56,345 nt of DNA from Lishizhenia sp. (GCF_033720595.1 NZ_JAWWCF010000001.1:1-56345); one strand, 5' to 3'. Shown: positions 17,502 through 29,651, numbered from the stretch's first letter. Made by a program: numbers and translations. The notes: a model not told the origin generated them from the sequence alone.

Positions 17502-17714
17502 TTATAAACTGTCCAATTCATGCAATGCTTCAGAGGCATCGTCATTGTATTTCTTCAATTCATCTGTAGCCGTAGAAAGCTCCTGAATCACTTCTTCGTT
17601 TTTTTCAATTTTAGCACTCTCTTCAGGAGTTAATTCTGCATCGTTGGAAGTTGTGTTTGATGTGCAGGAGAACATGAATAATGCCATCCCGCAAAAGATC
17701 AATACTTTTTTCAT
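17502..17714 (-). CDS. Small lipoprotein
   Basis: 70 aa, lipobox MFSC, acidic helical tail. Confidence 0.8.
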   Translation of the reverse strand: MKKVLIFCGMALFMFSCTSNTTSNDAELTPEESAKIEKNEEVIQELSTATDELKKYNDDASEALHELDSL

Positions 17715-17767
17715 AAAATCAAGTTTTGTAGGGAAGTTACGATTTTTTTAGAAATGATGGAACGGAA

Positions 17768-20700
17768 TTAATATTCGTCTTTAGCCAATCTTTCTTCGAT
17801 TTCTTTGAGGTTCTCCATCTTTTTAGGACGACGTGTTTCTATAGATGTCTTGGTAAAGTACCTGTGCATCTTCAGGAAGGCAACCTGCATTATGTCCCAT
17901 TCTTTATCGCTGGCAATCTTACCGTGTTCCATTAATTCTTGCTTCAATTTATCGGCAATTTCATGGAAGTCATCACGACCTAAGTAATCGAGATCGGCAT
18001 CACAAATAATTTCCTCCAAGTGGTTTTTTGGATTGTGTGGAATTGCCGTTGAGTAGATCAATTCTTTGATGCGATCAATGTCATCTTCTGTATAACCATA
18101 TTCTGGCAATACCTCCTCGGCCATCCGCGCACCGATAGGTTCATTTTTCTCGTATTGTTCAATAAACCCAGCGTCGTGATAAGAAGCGGCAGATTTTAAC
18201 AAGAACAAGTCTTTATCCGTAATACCTTCTCCAATGGCAATACGCTCCGCTTGTCGCGTTACATCTATAGTATGTTCTACACTATGGTAATGTAAATTAG
18301 GAGAAAGGCGTTTTTTCAACATGCGCATTATCTTACGCTCTGCATTCATGTAGTTAATAGAAGAAAAATGGTGGAGGTTCACCAATTTATAGAACGCCTC
18401 GTTGGGCAATATTCCTTTTCCATTAATAGAAAGCTCTGGCTTTATGCTATCTACAAAGTACATGTCAATTTTACCCTTACTCTTTGATTCTGCTATACCG
18501 GCAAAAGAACATTCGAAATAAGCTTCGATGTACTCAAAAGTAGATCCTGTAATGGCAATTCTTCCGGGTTGAGAAAGTCGTTCCATACGCTGAGCGTGGT
18601 TTACTGTTTTCCCCCAAACATCGTAAGCAAAACGTTTGGTACCGATAATACCCGCTGAAACTGGACCTGTATTAATACCAATTCTTACCTTCCACTGAAT
18701 ATCGCCCGTTTCTTTGGCTCTTTCTTGTTCTTCTTTTACGAACTCTCTGATTTTTAAGGCAGCTAAAACAGTATCAATTGGATTGGTCTTGTTGCGGATT
18801 GGAACCCCACCCGCACACATGTAAGCATCCCCGATGGTTTTAATTTTTTCCAAATCATGCTGACCAATGATATCGTCGAACTTTCTAAAATATCTATCTA
18901 AAATAGATACTAATTCTTGTGGCTCGAGGTTGTCAGAAATAGTTGTAAATCCTACAAAGTCGGTAAACATTACAGATACTGCCTCGTAACCACGGGCATT
19001 GGCTTTCCCTTCTCTTTTCAACTGTGTTAAAGTATCAGAGGGTAATACGTTACGCAAAATACTGTCCGATTGATTCTTTTGTTGCTCAACCTTGTCTTTC
19101 TGCTTTTCTATTTTTGCTTTTTGTTCCTCAATTTTCTTTTTCTGCTTCTCAATTTCTCTATTCTTCTCCTCTAATTCGTGTGTACGTTCCTTAATGCGCA
19201 ACTCAAGAATAACTTGTTCCCTGCGGGCCGTATCTATACGTTTTCTGATGTAAATGAAAATAAAGAGGGCAAATAAAAGGGCTACAGTGATTCTAAACCA
19301 CCACGTCATCCAAAACGCCTTTTCTACCACAATGGTAATACTCGCAGGTAAACTTGTCCATTCTCCATTTCCACGACGAGCATAAACGTGAAGGGTATAA
19401 ATTCCCGGAGAAATACTCGTAAAACGAATTTGGTTTTCATCGCCCAAGTATTCTTCTACTTCGTCGTCTCCCTTTAGCTTGTACTTGTAATTGATTTGTT
19501 GCGGATTAGAGAAATCATCGGCATAGAAACTTAAACTTAAAGTCCTGTGGTTATAAGGAACAGTGATTGTTTTTGTAAGGGCTAAATTTCGAGAGAGGTA
19601 ATCTGTATTTCCTGGAATTATTTTTTCATTCTCCAGCCAAAGACTCGAGAAGTAAACATTCATGCGTTTGTACGACTGATTTAATTTTGAGGGATGAAAA
19701 TAATTGTACCCCATTATTCCACCAAAATAGATATATCCTTCATCGTCTTGGTAGGCCGCATTCATGTTGAACTCATCACTCAATAAACCATCTTCTTCTG
19801 TGTAAGCGGTGAATTTATTTTTGGGAATAGAATACTTAATAATACCGCGATTAGAAGATAAATAGAGGTCTTTACCATCCGTAGATTTAATACTGTAGAT
19901 TACTTCATTGGGTAAACCTTGCGCCTTGGTAAAGCTCTTTATCTCTTCTGTTTTTTGGTTAAAGTAGTGCAGTCCACCACCTAATGTTCCAAACCAATAT
20001 TCATCTGGGTTGGGTTGATATGCTGTTGTAATGTAGTCTTGTATAGTGAGCTTTATCTTTCTGTAAAAATTGGGTTGTTCAGCGATAAACTTCCCTTCCT
20101 TGTTGTAGCGTAATTCATACAAAGATCCCGAACTCGGAGCAGCATAAAACTTACCGTCTTTGCCTTTGAAGATTAAACGACAACTTCCTGGGCCTATCGT
20201 TTCACCATCATTGATTTTGTGTACCAGAAATTTCCAGGTATCCGTGTCTTTAAACCAAACAGCAACACCACCCTTTGTACCGAATAGATAAGTGGTAGTA
20301 TCAAATGCCTCTATGTCATAAATCAAATTAAAACCAGGAGGTCTGTTTGCGGGCATCTCTAAGCGTTTGAAGCTGTAGTTGTTGAAATCATTCGTGTCTA
20401 TTTCCAATTGAAAAAGACCGTCATCATTCCCCACCAAAAGCTTTCCGTTATGCTCTTCGAACAAAGAAAAGGAGGGGTGACTCGCGGCTTGTTCTCCAGG
20501 AGTAGATGAACGAACGTAATGGTAAAACCTTCGTTGCTGAGCGTGGTAAAGGCTTACCCCTTTATCTGTAGCAACGTATAAGTTTTTATTTTTTTCATTC
20601 TTGGTTAAGCTCCACACCGATAGCGTATTCAGTCCTTTCTGAGGATTCGTTGAAATCCCCACAGAAACAAATTCTCTTTGCATGGGGTTATAGCTAGATA

Positions 20701-21655
20701 TACCGCGGTTAGACCCAACCCATATAACACCGCGCAAATCTTCGTAAATAAAGTTGATGTGGTTATCGGCGATGGCGTTTTTCTGAAAGAAATCTGCTAT
20801 GAATATTTCAGGAATTTGGTCTTTCTCATTTTTGTTTACTCGAATAAAACCATTTTTCGCTGAGGCCAGATATATACTCTCATCCTGAAGATGTATGTCT
20901 TGTATATCAAAGTTTTCGAGTTGATGAGAAAAAAGCTGAAGTGTTTCCTTCTTTAAGTTATAGGAGTATAAACCTTTGGTGGTACAAATAAAGAGGCTGT
21001 CTTTACTGTACTTTTTTATTTTATTAATTCTAGAATTTGGAGCCAGTTGTGTTTGGAGCTCAACAAGATCTTCATTGCCCAAATCGTATTGATAAATCCT
21101 CCCGAATTGCGTTGCTAAGATCAGGTGGTTCTTCTTTCCTTCTTCTATCGTGTTTATTCCACTTCTTAGAAATACTGGCTTTTTAGTCTGTAAGAATTTT
21201 CTATCCTTTTCTTGGGTCAATTCAAGGAGCTTTCCGTCTTCCGTACCTGCCCAAATTTTATCATTAATGTAGGCAAGTGTATTAATTTCTTTCCGCGTAC
21301 CGGACTCTGTATAAACAGTTTCGAAAGATTGGAGGAGCGGGTTGTAAATAATGATGCCTTTGTAAGTTCCAAAGTAGAGAAAACCTCGCTTGTCTTTGGC
21401 CGCACAAAGGATAAATTCATTTTCTATTCCTTCTGTCTCACCCGATGTAAATACATCAAATTTACTACCATTGAAACGATTTAACCCGTCTTGAGTACCT
21501 ATCCACAATGCACCAAAATCATCTTGAATCATGGCGGTACTTACACTTTGAGATAAACCATCTTTAATCGTGTAATTATTGAACTGTATGTTTTCCTGAC
21601 CTATCGCAAAAGACAGATGTAAGAGAACGGTGAGGAAAACCAATAATTGTTTCAT
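17768..21655 (-). CDS. Membrane sensor: two-component-type beta-propeller/Y_Y_Y periplasmic domain, TM, coiled coil, class III adenylate cyclase and C-terminal HD domain
   Basis: DGLSQS..QD.FG.LWIGT.DGL propeller repeats, SPGIYTLHV, FW.TWWF TM, FTDFVGFT, KIKTIGDAYM, YDVWG.TVN.A.RME, YH...HT, HDAG, CDADL. Confidence 0.93.
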   Translation of the reverse strand: MKQLLVFLTVLLHLSFAIGQENIQFNNYTIKDGLSQSVSTAMIQDDFGALWIGTQDGLNRFNGSKFDVFTSGETEGIENEFILCAAKDKRGFLYFGTYKGIIIYNPLLQSFETVYTESGTRKEINTLAYINDKIWAGTEDGKLLELTQEKDRKFLQTKKPVFLRSGINTIEEGKKNHLILATQFGRIYQYDLGNEDLVELQTQLAPNSRINKIKKYSKDSLFICTTKGLYSYNLKKETLQLFSHQLENFDIQDIHLQDESIYLASAKNGFIRVNKNEKDQIPEIFIADFFQKNAIADNHINFIYEDLRGVIWVGSNRGISSYNPMQREFVSVGISTNPQKGLNTLSVWSLTKNEKNKNLYVATDKGVSLYHAQQRRFYHYVRSSTPGEQAASHPSFSLFEEHNGKLLVGNDDGLFQLEIDTNDFNNYSFKRLEMPANRPPGFNLIYDIEAFDTTTYLFGTKGGVAVWFKDTDTWKFLVHKINDGETIGPGSCRLIFKGKDGKFYAAPSSGSLYELRYNKEGKFIAEQPNFYRKIKLTIQDYITTAYQPNPDEYWFGTLGGGLHYFNQKTEEIKSFTKAQGLPNEVIYSIKSTDGKDLYLSSNRGIIKYSIPKNKFTAYTEEDGLLSDEFNMNAAYQDDEGYIYFGGIMGYNYFHPSKLNQSYKRMNVYFSSLWLENEKIIPGNTDYLSRNLALTKTITVPYNHRTLSLSFYADDFSNPQQINYKYKLKGDDEVEEYLGDENQIRFTSISPGIYTLHVYARRGNGEWTSLPASITIVVEKAFWMTWWFRITVALLFALFIFIYIRKRIDTARREQVILELRIKERTHELEEKNREIEKQKKKIEEQKAKIEKQKDKVEQQKNQSDSILRNVLPSDTLTQLKREGKANARGYEAVSVMFTDFVGFTTISDNLEPQELVSILDRYFRKFDDIIGQHDLEKIKTIGDAYMCAGGVPIRNKTNPIDTVLAALKIREFVKEEQERAKETGDIQWKVRIGINTGPVSAGIIGTKRFAYDVWGKTVNHAQRMERLSQPGRIAITGSTFEYIEAYFECSFAGIAESKSKGKIDMYFVDSIKPELSINGKGILPNEAFYKLVNLHHFSSINYMNAERKIMRMLKKRLSPNLHYHSVEHTIDVTRQAERIAIGEGITDKDLFLLKSAASYHDAGFIEQYEKNEPIGARMAEEVLPEYGYTEDDIDRIKELIYSTAIPHNPKNHLEEIICDADLDYLGRDDFHEIADKLKQELMEHGKIASDKEWDIMQVAFLKMHRYFTKTSIETRRPKKMENLKEIEERLAKDEY

Positions 21656-21686
21656 TTACACGAAATAGATTGAAGTGTTTCTTACA

Positions 21687-21694
21687 CAAAGATA
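21687..21694 (-). promoter_or_regulatory. -7 element (TATCTTTG) for the cyclase gene
   Basis: TAnnTTTG consensus 31 nt upstream of the ATG. Confidence 0.55.
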
Positions 21695-21742
21695 GGTTGT
21701 TTGATGAAAAAAAGAAGGGGAAAGAAAATGAAAGGGAAAAAG

Positions 21743-21770
21743 AAAAGCCGTATCCTTTCGAATACGGCTT
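21743..21770 (-). terminator. Intrinsic terminator of the ferritin gene
   Basis: AAGCCGTAT...ATACGGCTT stem with a U-rich tail on the minus strand. Confidence 0.7.
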
Positions 21771-21791
21771 CAATATCATAAAAACGAGTCA

Positions 21792-22313
21792 TTAATTTCC
21801 TGCTCCTTGTGCGGCAACTTCTGGAGTTATCGCTGCATTTTCAAGATCTCTATCGAACAAGTAAAGTCCACCTTTGTCTGTACCAATTAATTTTAATTTG
21901 TCTAAAATTGTTCTGGCCAATGCTTCTTCCTCTAATTGCTCTGTTACATACCATTGCATAAAGTTGTGTGTAGAGTAATCTTTTTCTTGTAAACAAATAT
22001 CAACTACATCGTTAATACTTTCAGTTACCATAATTTCATGCTCCAACAACAACTCAAAAACACGTTCTAAGGTGTCAAAATCTTGTGGGGGTTGCTCAAC
22101 AGAAGGAATAATTGCTTTTCCTCCACGCTCGTTCACAAACTTCACCAATTTCAACATGTGGAAGCGCTCTTCGTCTGAGTGTGTGTACATGAATTTAGCT
22201 GTTCCATTCAATCCATTCGCCTCGGCCCAAGAAGCCATCGCTAAATAAAATTGAGATGAAGAAGATTCTTTAACTATTTGCTCGTTTAATTTTTGTTCTA
22301 CTCTTGCGTTCAT
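21792..22313 (-). CDS. ftnA: Non-heme ferritin
   Basis: LNEQI.KE..SS..YL.MASW, EER.HM, EHE..VT, WYV.EQ.EEE ferroxidase pattern. Confidence 0.93.
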   Translation of the reverse strand: MNARVEQKLNEQIVKESSSSQFYLAMASWAEANGLNGTAKFMYTHSDEERFHMLKLVKFVNERGGKAIIPSVEQPPQDFDTLERVFELLLEHEIMVTESINDVVDICLQEKDYSTHNFMQWYVTEQLEEEALARTILDKLKLIGTDKGGLYLFDRDLENAAITPEVAAQGAGN

Positions 22314-22377
22314 ATTGTGGGTATGTTTATTTGTATCAAATTTAACATTTATCTACTAAACATCTAGGGGGTACTCA

Positions 22378-22400
22378 TTGTTTAGATTGATTTTAGAAAA
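22378..22400. promoter_or_regulatory. Possible Fur-type box upstream of the ferritin promoter
   Basis: TTGTTTAGATTGATTTTAGAAAA resembles the recalled flavobacterial palindrome TTATTTAGAATnATTCTAAATAA (5 mismatches); -7 element TAAATTTG at 22337-22344. Confidence 0.4.
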
Positions 22401-22440
22401 AGGCATTGGAGGAATCCTATACAAGGAGGAAAAAGTGAAG

Positions 22441-22584
22441 CGGAGCTTTTGCGGGCTATTCGCTTTAATCCTTTGTTGTCCTTTCATTGCGCTAAACGCT
22501 CGTTTAAGCTTCCAAGGTCGCTTCCCCAAGCTTAAGCTCAAAAGCAAGAACACCTTCAGGAGCTACCGCTGCTATCCCTAAGCC
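22441..22584 (-). repeat. Structured ~145-nt dispersed element, copy D
   Basis: Minus strand GGGATAGCAGCGGTAG...GACCTTGGAA...TTAAAGCGAATAGCCC. Confidence 0.85.
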
Positions 22585-22605
22585 GTTTTACATAAACTTC
22601 GGCAT

Positions 22606-22636
22606 AAAAAAAGGGCGATACCTAAGTACCACCCTT
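22606..22636 (-). terminator. Intrinsic terminator of icd
   Basis: Minus strand AAGGGTGGTAC-TTAG-GTATCGCCCTTTTTTT. Confidence 0.75.
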
Positions 22637-22658
22637 CTATATTTTTCAAAACCTATCT

Positions 22659-24929
<2,271 letters not shown>

Positions 24930-25090
24930 TTAAAATAGGAATACAGTCCTTAAAAGCAGGATAGCGGTCTGGTATTTAGAAAAGCAGAATGTCAAATGGC
25001 TTCAAATGAAGAATCGCTGTTATTTAAGTTCTAACCAGAAATGAACTTCCTTCTTCGCATCTCTCCAATAAATGACTATGTGACGCAATT

Positions 25091-26192
25091 TTACACCGCT
25101 AGTAAATACCGTTTGCCGGGTAAACTTTTTACGCATCCTTGAAACTCTAAATTGAGTAGTGTAGTACTTACTTTACTTACAGGTTGTTGTAGGTGATAAG
25201 CTAATTCATCGATGCTTTGTTCATTGTTTTCTCGCAGTAAGTCAACGATGTTTTGCTCTTCATCATTGAGTTCTAGAAAGAGAGGAATTTGAACTGTTTT
25301 TCCCGACTCCTTTTTCCAATTCATAAGATAAAACAAATCGTCTGAGGAGCTTATAAGATGAGCTTTTTGTAAGCGTATAAGTTTATTACAGCCCTTGGAG
25401 TACGTCTTGTTCACATCTCCCGGAAAAGCAAAAACATCTCTGTTGTAATCGTTGGCTAAGTATGCTGTGATTAGCGACCCTCCCTTTTCACCACTTTCTA
25501 CAACAATGGTAGCATCGCACATACCCGCAACAATTCTATTTCGCGTGGGAAAGTTTTCTCTATCGGGTTTCGTTCCGGGTAGAAACTCTGTAAGCACTCC
25601 ACCTTTGGCCTGCATTTGCTGGGCTGTGCTTTTATGTATGGCCGGGTAAATTCTATCTAGTCCATGACCCAGTACACCAATAGTGGATACGCCATAATGG
25701 ACACATTGTTTGTGTGCATGTATATCTATGCCATAAGCCAAGCCCGAGATAACTTGAATTTGGTGCTCAGCAAATTTTTCTATCAGCTCATCCACAAGCA
25801 TTTTGCCATATTGGCTCGCATTTCTAGTCCCTACAATTGCAACAGTTTTGGGATAATCAAAATTCAAATTTCCTTTGCCAAAAAAGGAGCAAGGGAGCAT
25901 CTCCGCAATGTTTTAATCTGCGCGGGTAGTTCGGTGCCAAATAGTTAAAAGTGGAAACATCTTGTCGGGTTAAAAAAGGGAGGTAAGCTTCCGCGTCATG
26001 CAAGGCTTGTTTGCGGTTAATTTTCTGAATTAATTTTTCGCTCACGCCTTCTAATTGGGTAAGTTGGGTTTTGCTCATACTGTAAAACTGATCTATACCC
26101 CCGCTGTAAGCTATGAGGTTTTTGGCGGTTTTAATTCCCACGCCCTTCATAAATTGAAAGCCGAGGAATAATTTCAATTCTTCTTTTGTCAT
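25091..26192 (-). pseudogene. dprA: DNA-processing protein DprA, frameshifted at a T6 run (25880-25885); real lesion or sequencing error
   Basis: N-part ends YPRRLKHCGDAPLLLF; the C-part carries on in another frame as GKGNL...AIVGTR, SGLAYGID, F..RNRIVAG, GSLITA plus a winged-helix end. Removing one T joins them. Confidence 0.85.
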
Positions 26193-26301
26193 GTCGATTA
26201 GGTTGATAAAACATTGCTGCTTCTTTTAAAGATAACGAAAGTTCACCAAGCATCAAAAACTAATTCCTTTATCTTTGAAGCCAATCCAAAAAACAACAAC
26301 A

Positions 26302-27039
26302 ATGAAAGTGCTGGGTGTAATTCCTTCTCGATATGGTTCAAGTAGATTTCCGGGAAAACCTTTGTTAGACATCAAAGGGAAATCGATGATACAACGGGTG
26401 TACGAAGGAGCGAAGCAATCTACCTTGTTGGATGAGCTAGTTGTAGCTACCGATGATCAACGCATAGTAGATGAGGTAGAAGCTTTTGGAGGAAAAGTAA
26501 TGATGACTGCCGACTACCATCCCAGTGGAACAGACCGATGCGCAGAGGTAGCAGCTCAATATGCTGATTTTGATGTTGTGATCAATATTCAAGGGGACGA
26601 ACCTCTGGTAAACCCTAAACAACTGGATGCTCTATTATCAGTGTTTAAAGATGAAGAGGTGGAAATTGCCACATTAGCAAGCAGAAATATTTCTACAGAA
26701 GATATCGCAAACCCGAACCGCATTAAGTTGGTTTGTAATGCCAAAGCGGAAGCGTTGTATTTTTCAAGATCTGCTATTCCAAATCAACACCACGCTAATA
26801 AAGATGCCCTTAAGGATTTTCCTTTTTACAAGCATATAGGACTGTATGCCTATAGAAGTGAAGTGCTGTTGCAATTGACACAATTAAAACCTAGTCTTTT
26901 AGAGCAAGTGGAGTCTTTAGAACAACTCAGATGGATGTATTATGGCTATAAAATAAAGGTGGTAGAAACTGATATTGAGACCCCAAACATAGACACACCC
27001 GAAGATTTGGAAAAAGTATTGCAATTTTTAGAAGAATAG
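26302..27039 (+). CDS. kdsB: 3-deoxy-manno-octulosonate cytidylyltransferase
   Basis: IPSRYGSSRFPGKPL, SGTDR, NIQGDEP, HIGLYAY, ESLEQLR; -7 element TATCTTTG at 26270-26277 supports ATG 26302. Confidence 0.96.
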   Translation: MKVLGVIPSRYGSSRFPGKPLLDIKGKSMIQRVYEGAKQSTLLDELVVATDDQRIVDEVEAFGGKVMMTADYHPSGTDRCAEVAAQYADFDVVINIQGDEPLVNPKQLDALLSVFKDEEVEIATLASRNISTEDIANPNRIKLVCNAKAEALYFSRSAIPNQHHANKDALKDFPFYKHIGLYAYRSEVLLQLTQLKPSLLEQVESLEQLRWMYYGYKIKVVETDIETPNIDTPEDLEKVLQFLEE

Positions 27040-27100
27040 CGCAACATTTTTCCTTTGAGACCGTAGACATTCTACTCCAAATTGAGTATTTTTGTTAGGA

Positions 27101-28249
27101 ATGAAGCAGGTAAACGAGGCGATAGCAGAACTATTATTAAGACACAATTGTGTAATCATCCCCAATTTTGGTGGATTCATTGCCAATGTGCTTAATGCTC
27201 AGATAGATTTAAATCAAGGAAGAATAGAGGCTCCTAAAAAAGCCCTCACATTTAACACAAACCTGATCAATAACGATGGTTTATTGGCCAACCATTTGGC
27301 ACATAAAAACCAGTTAAGTTTTGAGCAGGCAAGTACTACTATTCAAGAGGAAGTAGTTACTTGGAAACAACAGTTAAAACAAGGGGAACGCGTAGAAATA
27401 GAACGTGTTGGTTTCTTGTATTTCGACAAAGAACAGAACCTTAATTTTGAGCAAGATAGATGTTTTAACTTGCTGATGTCTTCTTACGGTTTAAGTGATG
27501 TGAACTTTGTTCAACACGCCAAAGAAGAGAAAGCTGCCCCAGTAATCACTGCTCAACAACAAACACAAGAAGAGACAGAGGAAAAAACACCAATTATTGC
27601 AATTGGTAAAGCAGAAGAAATTAAACCTGCGGCAGTGCAAGAAGCGCAAGAACCAGTGCGTCGTAAAAAGACCTTTTGGAAATATGCAGCAGCTGCAGCG
27701 TTCATTCCTATTGCATTTTACTCTTATTGGATTCCAACTCAAACGGATGTTTTACAATCAGGTGTTGTATTGAAGGGCGATTTTAATCCTTTCATTCAGC
27801 CAGAAGTAAAACAATATGACCCTGCGAATACTCCGGTCTTGGAAGTAGAACCTATAGAAGAAGAGAAGTCATTAGAACAAATAATGGACGAACTTCCTGA
27901 AGGTGTACAAACCTATACTTTCCCTGTGGATGATTACTTCTACTTAACGGTGCGCAAAGATACTCCGGAGCAAGAGGTGATTGAAACTGAAAGTATTCCT
28001 GCCGCTGAAACAGAAAATGTTAAGAAGAGCTTTAGTCGCCATTTAATTGCTGGGTGTTTTACGGAGAAGGAAAATGCAGAAAGCTTGGTGAATACGTTAA
28101 AAGCTGATGGTTTAAACGCATATGTGTTGGATTATCACAAAGGTTTGTATCGCGTAACTGCTGCACAAAGTAACAGCAGAGAAGAAGCTTTATCACTTAA
28201 GAAGAAATTACAAGGATCAGGTGTAATTACTTGGTTACTTCATCTATAA
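27101..28249 (+). CDS. HU-like (CCDC81-type) N-domain / TM / SPOR-domain protein
   Basis: LL.H.CVIIP.FGGF...FN..L..NDGLL N-terminus, single TM, C-terminal IAGCF...NA...V..L...G SPOR pattern. Confidence 0.88.
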   Translation: MKQVNEAIAELLLRHNCVIIPNFGGFIANVLNAQIDLNQGRIEAPKKALTFNTNLINNDGLLANHLAHKNQLSFEQASTTIQEEVVTWKQQLKQGERVEIERVGFLYFDKEQNLNFEQDRCFNLLMSSYGLSDVNFVQHAKEEKAAPVITAQQQTQEETEEKTPIIAIGKAEEIKPAAVQEAQEPVRRKKTFWKYAAAAAFIPIAFYSYWIPTQTDVLQSGVVLKGDFNPFIQPEVKQYDPANTPVLEVEPIEEEKSLEQIMDELPEGVQTYTFPVDDYFYLTVRKDTPEQEVIETESIPAAETENVKKSFSRHLIAGCFTEKENAESLVNTLKADGLNAYVLDYHKGLYRVTAAQSNSREEALSLKKKLQGSGVITWLLHL

Positions 28250-28255
28250 TAATTT

Positions 28256-28280
28256 AATGCTCCTTTTCGGAGCATTTTTT
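28256..28280 (+). terminator. Intrinsic terminator
   Basis: AATGCTCC-TTTTC-GGAGCATTTTTT. Confidence 0.7.
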
Positions 28281-28297
28281 AATTCAATACATTTTAT

Positions 28298-29494
28298 ATG
28301 AAAAAATCTGTGTTAATGTTCGGTGCTTTGGCGCTAACATTTAATTCATTTAGTCAGAATTTCACAACAAACAGTGAAAAATCAGAATACAAATTTGAAG
28401 AAGTTGCACATTTGGATGCAACACCCGTTCAATCTCAGGGATACACGGGAACCTGTTGGAGCTTTTCTGCACTTTCTTTCTTTGAATCAGAAATGATTAG
28501 AATGGGGAAGAAAGATGTACCTCAATTATCGGAGATGTATGTAGCGCGCAAGGCATACGAAGGAAAAGCAGAAAAATACATTCGTATGGATGGGAAAACC
28601 AACTTCTCTCAAGGAGGAGCTTTTCACGATATTCCATGGGTATTTAGAAACCACGGTTTGGTTCCTGCAGAAGTTTATGAAGGATTAAACTATGGAACAG
28701 ACATGCACAACCACAGTGAAATGTTTGCGGGGTTAGAAGGTTTTGTAAAGGGAATCATGTCTTCTGTAAGTTCTAGAGGATTAACAAGTTCTTGGAAATC
28801 TGGTTTTACAGCTATATTGGATGCTTATTTAGGAGAAGACCCTAAAAACTTCACCTATAATGGAAAAGAGTATACGCCACGTACATTTGCAGATGAGACA
28901 GGTTTAAACATGGATGATTATGTATCGTTAACTTCATTTACGAACCACCCATTGAATCAAAAATGTTTCTTAGCAATTCAAGATAACTGGGCTTGGGGAA
29001 GCTCTTACAACGTTAGCTTAGAAGATTTAGTAAGCGCTACCGAAGATGCCTTAGAAAATGGGTATACTGTAGCATGGGGAGCTGATGTTTCTGAGAAAGG
29101 ATTTTCTTTCAGAGATGGATTAGCAATTGTTCCTGCAGATGAGTCTACCATTCAGGTAAGAGGGAAAGACAATAGAAATTATTCTGATGCTGGAGCAGAG
29201 AAAATTTCTAACGCTTTCATGACACCTGTAGAAGAAAAAGAAATTACTGCAGAATTGCGTCAAAAAGGTTACGATAATAAAACAACTACAGACGATCACG
29301 GTATGCACATTACTGGTTTGTATAAAGAAGCGAACGGAACTCCTTATTTCTTGGTGAAAAATAGCTGGGGAACAGGGAATTATCCAGAAGGTTATTTATA
29401 TGTGTCTGCCAATTACTTTAAATGGAAAACAATCAATGTTTACCTACATAAAGATGCATTGTCTAAGGAGATGAAAAAGAAACTAAATTTATAA
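28298..29494 (+). CDS. C1-family cysteine aminopeptidase (PepC / bleomycin hydrolase-like)
   Basis: Q.x.TGTCWSFS catalytic Cys, DDHGM His, KNSWG Asn; signal peptide. Confidence 0.93.
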   Translation: MKKSVLMFGALALTFNSFSQNFTTNSEKSEYKFEEVAHLDATPVQSQGYTGTCWSFSALSFFESEMIRMGKKDVPQLSEMYVARKAYEGKAEKYIRMDGKTNFSQGGAFHDIPWVFRNHGLVPAEVYEGLNYGTDMHNHSEMFAGLEGFVKGIMSSVSSRGLTSSWKSGFTAILDAYLGEDPKNFTYNGKEYTPRTFADETGLNMDDYVSLTSFTNHPLNQKCFLAIQDNWAWGSSYNVSLEDLVSATEDALENGYTVAWGADVSEKGFSFRDGLAIVPADESTIQVRGKDNRNYSDAGAEKISNAFMTPVEEKEITAELRQKGYDNKTTTDDHGMHITGLYKEANGTPYFLVKNSWGTGNYPEGYLYVSANYFKWKTINVYLHKDALSKEMKKKLNL

Positions 29495-29516
29495 GTTTCG
29501 TTCAACTAACATTATT

Positions 29517-29544
29517 AAAAGCCTTCCTTCGGGGAGGCTTTTTT
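29517..29544 (+). terminator. Intrinsic terminator
   Basis: AAAAGCCTTCC-TTCG-GGGAGGCTTTTTT. Confidence 0.85.
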
Positions 29545-29651
29545 GCGTAAAGGGCCCGTATAGTTTGTATTTGTGGAAGCTAAATCAATATTCGGTTTTG
29601 TGTGTAACTAATAATGTCGTAAATTGCATATAACAACTAAACGTATTGATT

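Noticed and set aside
17768-21655. Pycsar/CBASS anti-phage system
   Set aside because: The cyclase is a membrane sensor with adenine-type specificity residues, and no effector gene or defence-island context is seen.
22356-22581. Short ORFs on both strands upstream of the ferritin gene
   Set aside because: They overlap repeat copy D and have no protein-like features.
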